A DNA stretch of 64,000 nt from Selaginella moellendorffii (Eukaryota; Plantae; Lycopodiophyta): NCBI RefSeq assembly GCF_000143415.4, contig NW_003314281.1:1465882-1529881 (forward strand), given 5' to 3'. Made by a program: the position numbers and the translations under genes. The notes beneath the pieces are model-generated. The model did no database searches, was not told the DNA's origin, and saw nothing but the letters and a program-made list of their open reading frames with translations. Positions 11,205 through 20,863 of this stretch are shown here, piece after piece (positions within the stretch are counted from its first letter, which is position 1; the number at the start of each line of letters is the position of its first letter).

Positions 11205-12743
11205 CTATAAGACCTTTAACCTTTGCAAGATCTTCGATGCCATCTTTAGCCCGATCCTGCGACGCGCTTCCAAAGAGATCTTCGTGGGCGACTTCTCAAG
11301 CTTGTCCAAAGACTTGAGACCTTGGATCTTGCACAATGCCTCACTGGACTCGCATAGAAGCCTTTTGAGGATCTCGCCTGTCAAGCCGTGGTTGACATCC
11401 ATCCTTTCCTTTGCAACATCCATACTTTGCTTTGCAAGATTGAACTGTCGTTCGACTCTCCCTTGTTCCTCCTTCTGTAGCTTTTCTAGCTTGCGCAGTT
11501 CCACTTCCAAGACTAACCCATCCTTCTGGAGCCTGCCTTGCTTGAATTTGAGCTGCTCCAGTGCCACTTCCTGGGTCTTGCAAATGCTGAGGAGCTCCTC
11601 TTGCTGCTTATCCAATTTTTCCATTACAAGATTGTTGAAGCGCGTTTGTTCGTCCAGCTCGTGCAGTCCCGCTTTCAGGACTATCACATCCTCTTCGAGC
11701 CTGCATTGCAACGCTGCTTGCCTCTTGCAAAAGCTGAGGAGCTCCTCTTGCTGCTTATCCATCTTTTCCATTACAAGACTGTTGAAGCTGGTCTGTTCCA
11801 TCTTGTGCTGCTTGTGTTCCGCTTCCAGGACTATCACATCCTCTTCGAGCCTGCGTTGCAACGCCACTTGCCTCTTGCAAACGTTGAGGAGCTTCTTATC
11901 CATCTTTTCCATTACAAGACGGTTGAAGCTAGTCTGTTCCGTCTTGTGCTGCTTGTGTTCCGCTTCCAGGACTATCACATCCTCTTCAAGCCTGTCTTGC
12001 AGCGTGGCTTGCCTCTTGCAAATGTTGAGGAGCTCCTCTCGCTGCTTATCCATCTTTTCCATTACAAGACTGGTCTGTTCCATCTTGTGCTGCTTGTGTT
12101 CTGCTTCCAGGACTATCACATCCTCTTCGAGCCTGCCTTGCAACGCTGCTTGCCTCTTGCAAACGTTGAGGAGCTCCTCTCGCTGCTGATCCAACTTTCC
12201 TATTACAAGATTATTGAAGCGCATATGTTCTATCTTGTGCTGCTCTTGCAGCTCGCGCAGTTCCGTTTCCAGGACTATCACATCCTCTTCGAACCTGCCT
12301 TGCCGCACCGTTTGCCTGAGGAGCTCCTCTCGCTGCTTATCCATCTTTTCCACTACAAGATTGTTGAAGCTGGTCTGTTCCATCTTGTGTTGCTTGTGCT
12401 CCGCTTCCAGTACTATCACATCCTCTTCGAACCTGCCTTGCTCGATCTTCTGCTGCCACAGCGCCGCTTCCTGCCTCTTGCAAACGCTGAGGAGCTCCTC
12501 CTGCTGTCTGTAGAAACTCCTCTGGCCCTCGTGCACGCGCTGCAGTTGCGTCTCGTGCAGCTCTTCCAGCTTGCGCAAGGCTGCTTGAACCTGCGCTGCG
12601 ACGTCCGCTCGGTGCTTCCCTTGCTCGATCTTGTGCTCCTCTTGAACCTTTTGCAGTGCCGCCTTCACGTCCGCATTCAAGGGAGGTGCTTTGCTCCTCC
12701 GGATCGCATCCGCTTCTAGCACCTGTTTGCACTGCTGCACCAT
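11205..12743 (-). CDS. Hypothetical coiled-coil protein (~512 aa from ATG 12743) built from ~50-aa tandem repeats
   Basis: Uninterrupted E/Q/K/L-rich ORF; EEDVIVL occurs 6 times plus one degenerate copy; length differences between units preserve frame; decayed paralogue at 26653-27560. Confidence 0.65.
   Translation of the reverse strand: MVQQCKQVLEADAIRRSKAPPLNADVKAALQKVQEEHKIEQGKHRADVAAQVQAALRKLEELHETQLQRVHEGQRSFYRQQEELLSVCKRQEAALWQQKIEQGRFEEDVIVLEAEHKQHKMEQTSFNNLVVEKMDKQREELLRQTVRQGRFEEDVIVLETELRELQEQHKIEHMRFNNLVIGKLDQQREELLNVCKRQAALQGRLEEDVIVLEAEHKQHKMEQTSLVMEKMDKQREELLNICKRQATLQDRLEEDVIVLEAEHKQHKTEQTSFNRLVMEKMDKKLLNVCKRQVALQRRLEEDVIVLEAEHKQHKMEQTSFNSLVMEKMDKQQEELLSFCKRQAALQCRLEEDVIVLKAGLHELDEQTRFNNLVMEKLDKQQEELLSICKTQEVALEQLKFKQGRLQKDGLVLEVELRKLEKLQKEEQGRVERQFNLAKQSMDVAKERMDVNHGLTGEILKRLLCESSEALCKIQGLKSLDKLEKSPTKISLEARRRIGLKMASKILQRLKVL
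11560..12500. repeat. Coding tandem repeat, ~150 bp unit, 6-7 copies
   Basis: Recurring actatcacatcctcttc, gcctcttgcaaa and catcttttccattacaaga motifs. Confidence 0.9.
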
Positions 12744-12860
12744 CGCTCCCCTACTACTTTTCCGGCTGCACCCCAAATATGACTTTCCGATTTAAAGGCG
12801 GGAGTTTTTGGCTCATTCCGGTTCTAAGCTAAGAATTCTCATCCCAGCCGAAAGAAGAGG

Positions 12861-13055
12861 CAAATGTCCATCACGCTCGAGGAGCTCAGTGGACGAGTTC
12901 TATACGTCCCTGGCGGTAGCCAGCAGCTCCGTTATCTTCTACGCGCACAACTGCTCAGTGCCTGGCGAGGAAGTATGGAGCGGCAAGAGGGCGCATTCCA
13001 TATTTTTCAGGGTGGACGGCCACGGATGCGCGCTGTTTGTGAGGTGTTGCTGGCG
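12861..13055 (+). pseudogene. Displaced, mutated copy of the last coding exon of the GH27 gene (source ~52410-52740, minus strand)
   Basis: caaatgtccatcacgctcgaggagctc...gacgagttcta...ggcgaggaagtatggag...ttcagggtggacggcca matches the reverse complement of the GH27 exon; translation DEFYTSLAVA..EEVWSGKR..FRVDGHGCALFV. Confidence 0.85.
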
Positions 13056-13920
13056 GGAAACATAGTGTTCCAAAAGGAAAGAAAGAGAGATCTTCAAACT
13101 CTAAAGGAAGTGGAGTGTAGAACTCTCCTCTCATATGAAGCACAGAAACAGAAAATCAGGCACTTTCTTTCTGTAGGATATGTACAGAGTTTTAAGGTAT
13201 CCTTGGTAGCGTGACAAGGCTCGATGCTTCTCCTATGGAGGCGAGCAGAGTTTTAAGGTAACCTTGGAAGTGTTTCGAAATGACAGCTTGCTAACGACCC
13301 CTTGTACCTGCACTAGATTGGAGCTTCTCGAGTCTTACTTGGTTTCTCTGAGGTTCACACTCATCAGCAATGCAGATATTACCGCCCCAAAACACACACC
13401 TGAAATGTCGATTGTATTGCGCACACATCCAGTTATAATACGTATTTCTAGATGAACGATAAACTTGCAATTGCTTTATCCTCCAGTGTCGTGTCCTTTA
13501 AAAACTAAGCGACAGCCTCAAGAGCATACACAAGCCATTCCTGTTCAAGGATGGGTGTAAATACCATACTAGCAGCCAATATATGACTCCACTATGGAAG
13601 GAAACTATAGTTGGACAAAGCTCAGCGCTATAAAAATTTGCTAGGCCACGTCATGTCTATAAAAGTTTTTCCCCGGCCACCTGCATGAAGCTGGACCGAG
13701 AGAGAGAGAGGAGCATGTGGAAGCCTCTCGACCACCTCCTAACTCTACATGGGAGAAAGAGCAAGTGCAAGCCTACATGGAAACTCTCCTGGAGGAGCAA
13801 AATCAGCCACATGAAGGCCTAGGCCTTTAAAAAGTTTGAAGGACATGAAAGCTCAAAAGAAAAAAGTTAATTTAGTGTTATAAAAGTTTGCTCTACAAAT
13901 TTATTTCCTTGTGTTCAATA

Positions 13921-13983
13921 AATTTATTTTCTTGATCATGTTCAATCTTATCACAAGATTGAACATGATCAAGAAAATAAATT
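13921..13983. repeat. Perfect 29-bp inverted repeat with a 5-nt loop
   Basis: aatttattttcttgatcatgttcaatctt-atcac-aagattgaacatgatcaagaaaataaatt. Confidence 0.95.
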
Positions 13984-15316
13984 CTAGAAGCAAACTTCAA
14001 TAGTAAACCATTTTACTCTTTTAAAAAAACAAAAGGGACACCATATATTAGATTTAGCAATCCAAAGTTCACTAGCAAAAGCTGAGAAAAACCTGAAATC
14101 ATTTTTTTGGTGAACAGTGAGTATGTCAAAGAAAAGTTGGCAGGGAGTAATATAGTTACTGTTCTATTTAAGAGTTGTAACTCAAATAGTAATGATACTA
14201 CTCCCTGCCAATTCTTTATTTCATTTTCTTAAGAGAAAGAAAAATGAAATAAAAAATTGCAAGAAAAAAGGCTCAACTAGTAACAGGAGCAGAAACAAGA
14301 GTAGCTGTTGCCAATGCTTTAACAACCAATTTGACTGGACAACCCTATTACCCCATCAACAATGTGGTGAGTTACTTCTACTTTAACACCTGTTCCTAAA
14401 TATGGTGAGCTACTTCAACACTGTTCCTAAGGTTATTTTTGAAAACCCTCCAATACAATCATTGACCAGTTTTTCAATTAGTTTAAGGAGAGACTATTAA
14501 AAGATTTAGCAATACTAACCTCTTGCTATTGTGGCAATAAAAAAAAGAATATCCAAAAGGATTAACTAATATATAACTTTTGATACCTAAAGTTGCACTC
14601 CCCTCTAAGGAAGATCAACATCCTCGTTAATGTATATTCTAGTCTAGAACACCACTAAGGAAATAACTCTAAAAAAAGTTCACAATATTTACATTTTGTG
14701 AAAAATGCACCAACTTAAATGAGTTAGAAGGTAACTTCTTTCTCTGTGTTACTAATTTAAACACATTCTAACCATCGCTGGCAAAGAAATAACTAATAGA
14801 ATTAGCCACCCTTGCTATTCTGGATGTCACCTGGCTCACAAAAATGTGATACACCCCTACTTACAAAAATATAGAGAGAGAAGTTAGAAGCCTCAACCAT
14901 CTTTAGCAAAGAAACCAAACCCATTAGTAAAGTTTAGATAGATTATTATAAACAAACAATTAAAATTGTTTAGACTGTCACACCCTTTTTAACGAAATAA
15001 AGAGCATCGAGAGAGAGGCAAATGATGTGACCATTTGACAATAGCTACTCTATAACTAAGGATTTCACCATGCATACGAAGTGCCAAAGCTAATTTGCCT
15101 ATACTGCCCCAAATTCAAATATCAATAAACAGAAAATATCAAAGTCAAAAACAATAATATCTTAGAGACTTAATTATCAGTGAACAAATTTTAGATTAGA
15201 ACATAAAAGTATTCCAACCATCTGGAGGATGGAATGCTTCAATCAATCACAGGGTTAACTTTTCTGATTATAGATTTAAAACAACATTTTAAAATGTCTC
15301 ACTCAATGTTATATAA

Positions 15317-15791
15317 GGGGGTCTTCGTTGCCGGAGATACTCAAGTTCAATCTATTCCCAAGTTTCTAAAGGCTGTCAAAGGCAGTGTTGATGTCAATTG
15401 TCAGAGCACCTGTTCCTGAAGGTTAAATTCGACGTGCATGCACTATTGAAACCCTTCCCTGCATTGCAAAGAAGCTGTCTCAAGCCAAAGAAGCCACTCT
15501 AAATTCTTTTGTTTTTAATTATTCAAGCAGGTAAATTTGCGATTATATCTACCAAAGTTATCAACATTCGTCTTCTCCCAGCTAGCACGTGTCCTCATAT
15601 ACAATCTATTTGGAATCAATCAAAACCTTCCTCTCACTTACAAAAAGAAGGTTGAAGAAGTAAAGAGCAATGACATCCTGGAAGCGGCAAGAAAACATCT
15701 TCATCCTGACTTGGAGCCAATTGTCATTGTTACTGACGCGAAGGTACTTGGGACTCAAATGCCACCTTTTGTGCAACTGCAAGGACGATAA
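15317..15791 (+). pseudogene. 3' fragment of an M16 (insulinase-like) peptidase gene, with introns and a frameshift
   Basis: GVFVAGDTQVQSIPKFLKAV...KLSQAKEATLNSFVFNYSS|LARVLIYNLFG...YKKKVEEVKSNDILEAARKHLHP resembles the M16 C-terminal domain; no 5' exons seen. Confidence 0.6.
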
Positions 15792-16119
15792 AGCTATGCG
15801 CAGGCAAGTATTATTTCTGCTTTGCCATCAGAGAGTGGCACAATGGAGGACTTGGATTCCTACTCACAGTCTTTGTAGACAGGTACTTGAAGAGTCTGGA
15901 GTATCCAGTGGCATGGGAGTATTGCAGCAGATGAAAGCTCGATCAAAGAGTAAAATTTCTTCTTGTGTTATGTTATCCTATGCCGCTTATTCTCTAAACA
16001 GGTGCTTTTGCCAGGTCGTCGACGAGATGATGGAACGAAGCATACTTTCGTGGCCGTCGTGTACCCACAGGCCATGGGAGCAGCGAGGAGATTTCTGTTT
16101 CAAAGCTTACCGGGTTTCT

Positions 16120-16400
16120 TTTGACACTTCAAAGTCCACTCTATCTCTCGTCTCCTTCGGGTCGTGGTAAATCCTACTGAATTTTTTATACGATTCCTGT
16201 TGTCGGCTGGATCAGGAAGATCATGAGCAGTCTCTCCTGAGCGGAAAATCTGGCTGGTGGATCGTCTCCTCGTTTTCACGCTCAGCCTCCTCGCTACGCC
16301 AGCTTATGACCAGGTTAGTAGCATCTCATCAATTACGTCTAGATCGAAGATAAAATAAGCTCTCATCTCAACTCGACAGGGTTCTTGAGCCTTGACTTAC
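16120..16400 (+). pseudogene. Remnant (upstream region, signal-peptide exon, start of exon 2) of a malectin-like LRR-RLK copy
   Basis: gacacttcaaagtccactct...gaatttttata shared with 20716-20780; acag|ggttcttgagccttgac gives the FLSLD exon start. Confidence 0.65.
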
Positions 16401-17037
16401 CCGATGACACCCTTGAAGCTACAAACGATCTCGAATTGTTTCGAAACCTCGGAGTAGTTTCGGATTCAAATATCAAGTGTTTCTCAGAATATTTGTGTTT
16501 CCTTTTTTCGAAAACGTTGGTTCGAATCCCAAATCACTAGGGTGTGGTGATGGTTTGGAATATGAGGACACTCATATTTCAATGGTCATGGACTCTCAAT
16601 GAGGAGACTGATTTGGGCACACCGCTAAACAAGGGATACTTTAGAGTCGTGATGCACGGTTAAATTGTTTAGAGTGAAAGCTCGACATATCTAACTTGAA
16701 CACTTTAGTGCAAAGGGATTTGGTGTCCAAGATTGTAAACTGCATTTTTTCTTTTCTTTTCTTTTTTGGTTTTTTGCACTACACACAAGCTGTCTCAATC
16801 GCAGCACATCCTTACAATATAATAAAGTTGCTCTTTTGATCAGAAATTTTCCCTGCTTATACATACTTAGACATACTTGATGCTGGACGGAGTCTTGTGA
16901 GGCTCGTTTCAAAAGGTCTATTTTAATGCAAATGGACTTTCAGGAACATTTCAAAGTCTAGTCTCCTTGTAGTTAATTTTGCTATTAGCACAGGTCTCTC
17001 GAGAAGCAGGCTTGACCTAGGCTATCCCAAAAGAAAA

Positions 17038-20000
17038 ATGAATCGTCTCCTCCTCGTTTTGACGCTCGGTATCCTGGCCACACTGGACATCGTTCCAGCT
17101 CAACCGGGTTAGTCTCTCTCATGCATCACACAAAACGAGATCGTTTGAAGTAATCTCGTTTGATCTCAGGTTTCTTGAGCCTCGACTGTGGAGCTTTAGA
17201 CAGCCACACTGATGACAAGGGCATCAAATGGACACCCGACGACAAGTTCATCACCACCGGAGTTGCAGCCTCCGTTTCAAGCTTGCTGAAAGCGAGCAGG
17301 AATGTCATCCTGCACAATAGTTCCCAGACACCTCCCGGAAGCACTGCTATGCACTTCCGGTCTTGGTGGAAGAGAGCTACATAGTGAGCCCGAGGTTCTA
17401 CTATGGAAACTACGACGGCCTGGAATCAAGTCTGGCGGAGTTTGAGATCATGATCGGTGCGGCTGTTGTAAGTCACACCGTCGAGTTTGCGGCTTTCATC
17501 ACGAACTCATAGTACCACGAAGACTGGCTTCCAAGGCTGCTGGATCTGTGCCTCGGAACCCGCTCCGCGTCACCGGCAAACATCCCATTCATCTCCGTGA
17601 TCGGGCTCAGGAGGCTCCCTTCTGGAATGCGAGCAAGTGTTTAGGATTCCAGCGAAGTTCTGCTCCTGCGGTACAGGCTCAACCTCGGAGCGCATCTGGT
17701 TTGGGGAGGAGGAAGCAAACCTGACCGCTCGCCTTTCCGTGGACACAGAGAAGCCAGCTCCCCGGTTGGGCGTCGCGCCGTGCCTGTAGTCTCGGATTCA
17801 GATATCAACTCTTAAAAACTGTGGTTTGATCTCTCGAGCTCTTGACTACGATGGATATGGGAAGCTGATAGTTCTTACAAGGACATGAGAAACTATGAGC
17901 GGGTCAGCACCAACGCGACATTAACTGTAGGGATCTTCCCAACAAGCCTGCCTTAGCAGTGATGCAGATCCAAATCCGTGATGATTTTCGAGTTTCCAGA
18001 AAGCTCAAGGCGACAAAGTACTATCAACTTTTATTTTGCAGCAGAATGTTCGAGATCCAATTCAACACCAGCTCGCACTGGTTAAGACCACGGTCAACCT
18101 TAGGGCTAAGTGTTTTTCACACGTCCTTTGGATCTCGTCGCCACGCCAAACTCCACCCTCTGTCCGATTCTTAATGCGGCTGATCTTTTCGAGTACAAAG
18201 GAAATCTTCTTCCAGGAACAGAACTCGACGATTGTGAGTCTAGATAGGAACTTTTGTTGTTCGTGGAATATCCTGTTCTTTGCAGTGATAGCTATACGCG
18301 AAGTGATGAAGGATTTTAATCTGACTCTATGGTCTGGAGATCCATGCATGCCTGCTGCTTACACTTGGGCCTGGATCACTTGTGCCACAGGCATAATCCC
18401 GGCAAGGATCACTGAACTGTAAGATGTTTCTAACACATTGCTCAAATATCTATGAGTTGCAGGAACCTGTCCAACCGTGGTCTCAAAAGCAACATATCCG
18501 GATCCATCAAAAACGCTAGCACATCTAACAAAATTGTAATTTCCTGATTGACACAGTTTTACCTTCTAGACCTCAATTGTGGTTCTTTCATCATTTCATC
18601 AGATATCTGGATAACAATGCATTAACAGGCCCAGTTCTAAGTTTTAGCTCCTTAAAAAACCTCACGGTCCTGTGAGTTACTCTCTGCATTGTTAGAAAAA
18701 CTTCTAGAGCTTTTCATTTTTCAGGTTTATAAACAACAACAGTTTGGATTGCATACCACAGGAACGACAGTCTTCCTACAAGTCAGAATCCTTGTACCTT
18801 TTCGTACTCTTTTGATTTATCTTTTTTTTTTCCAGCGGTTCCAAGGTCGAAGCATGCAAGATGCCCGAGAAAATCATCGGCAAGAAGAAAAGTAAAACGA
18901 AAATCATAATTGAAATAGCAGTACCATCTGTAGCGCTTCTGTTACTTTGGCAATCGCAGTATGCTTGATCTCTCGAAGAACAATCAATAGACCAACAAGG
19001 CCAACAGAACAACAAGGTCAAGTCAAGTCAACGGAAGTCCAAGTTGAGTCCTGGCGGCTTACTCTAATTCTTTTGGTTTCCAGCTCCACAGTCGCCAAAC
19101 TCAAGCATCAGAAAGTTCACTTCCAGAGAAGTGATCTACACAACAAACAACTTCCAAAAGGTTGTGGGAGAGGGAAGCTTTATTCTCTTAGTTGTGCACC
19201 ACAGGAACCTGGTATCCTTCATTGGCTGGTCTAAACTTATCCTGGTCTATGAGTTTTTGTCACATGGAACTTTAAGAGAGCATTTGTATGGTGAGTGAGC
19301 TTAATTCTATTTATCGTTCTGATATATATTCCTCTTACAGTTACAAGTCGCCCAACATTAAGCTGGAAAACCAGGCTTCGAATCCCCTTAGATGCTGCTC
19401 AAGGTATATGAAGTTTTGAGTTGGCAAATTTGATAAGAAATGCTCTGTGAATCAGGATTGGACTATTTGCATAACTCATGCAATCAACACATCATTCATC
19501 GAGATGTAAAGACAATCAACATACTTTGGAGCTTGCCAAGGTCAGCGACTTCGGCTTGTCCAAATTTTATGATAGGAATTATGCCTCGCATGTTTCAACT
19601 GATGTCAAAGGAACTCCGGGATATCTCGATCCAGAGTGAGTGAGCCCAGGAGATATAAATTTTTTTCCAACCATCATATAATATTCTGGTTTTGCTGCAG
19701 GTACCATTCCTACAGCAGGCTAACAGAGAAATCAGACGTATACAAAGCTTTGGAATAGTACTGTTCGAGATTGTTTGCGCCCATGAGCCGGTCAGGTTAT
19801 CGCTTCCAGAGGACCAGGTCATGCTCTCGAAATGGGTAAGAACCTTGAGCGCCATTCAGATCTTTCGCTCTTCACTGCAAAGCTTTTTTTCTTCCTCCAG
19901 GCATGCAGAAAGCTCGAAAGAGGCAACCTGCAAAGTGTGGCAGACCCCAAGGAGCAAGCAGCATGGAGCTTGCAATGAAGTGCGTGGAGCGTTCTTCCGA

Positions 20001-20115
20001 CAGGAGGCCCAACATGAGCATGGTCGTGGCCGGGCTGAGGGAGGCCATTCAGCTTGATGAGGAGGATGGAAGCTCTCTTGCACACTCTATGGTAGCTTTT
20101 AACAGCGGAAGATAA
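17038..20115 (+). pseudogene. Malectin-like/LRR receptor-like kinase pseudogene (LRR-I type)
   Basis: [28 protein letters not shown] and EKSDVY-like segments co-linear with 20864-24139, but with many frameshifts, stops and deletions. Confidence 0.88.
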
Positions 20116-20863
20116 ATGCTAAATGCTGTTTGAATATTGATCCCAAGCATCTGCACGATGAATCAGCCAGCTTGACGCTATAGAAAACACAGGGTTTTGG
20201 CCAGTGGAAAAACGTGGAGATTACTAGGTTTCGTCATGATGATCATAGTGACAACGAGCATGGAGCAGGAAATGCTACCCATTCCAGAGGAAATTTTCCC
20301 CGTCGCTCGATTTTTCTAAAAGGCAGAACCGGAAAAGTGATTGCTCTGTTTCTTATAATGTCGCGATGGTTCCGATATAAAACCAAAATAGTTCTCGCGG
20401 AAAATGTGGCTGGCTGACCATCTCCTTCTCGTACACGCTCAGCCTCGGCTCCTCGCTATATGTTTCAGCCTAACCAGGTTTGTCATCACTTGAAATATGT
20501 TGATTTTCGAAAGATACTTCCTCAACATGCCCCGGGCTTAACTGTGCGGCTTTAATCGAACTTCTTGAAAAGCCGCGGTTGACGTTTTCCTGATGGATAG
20601 ATTCGTCATGCACTAGTTTGAAGCCGAAGAAGCCGGTTAGAATTCTCTTGTTTTTACTAATCAATCATATTCTTCTCTGTATTAACCACAGCTTGAAAGA
20701 ACGGGTCTCAACATTGACACTTCAAAGTCCACTCTTTCTCCTGTCCAGTACGTCGTGAAAATTCCCACTTGAATTTTTATATTATTTTCCTGTTGCGGCT
20801 GGCTAAGACCATGAGCATAGGGCTCCCGCTAGTAGTAGAGTCTCATCTCTTTCGAAAAGAAAA

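Noticed and set aside
11560-12500. Regularly spaced repeats resembling a CRISPR array
   Set aside because: Whole units are homologous with no unique spacers, they are protein-coding, and the context is eukaryotic with no cas genes.
11185-12719. Long + strand ORFs (334 and 393 aa), Cys/Ser/Leu-rich
   Set aside because: Antisense frames of the tandem repeat; one stop-free unit propagates through all copies.
12780-16120. A single Helitron or Pack-MULE spanning the captured fragments
   Set aside because: Could not identify matching termini, TIRs or target-site duplications by eye, so the fragments are reported separately.
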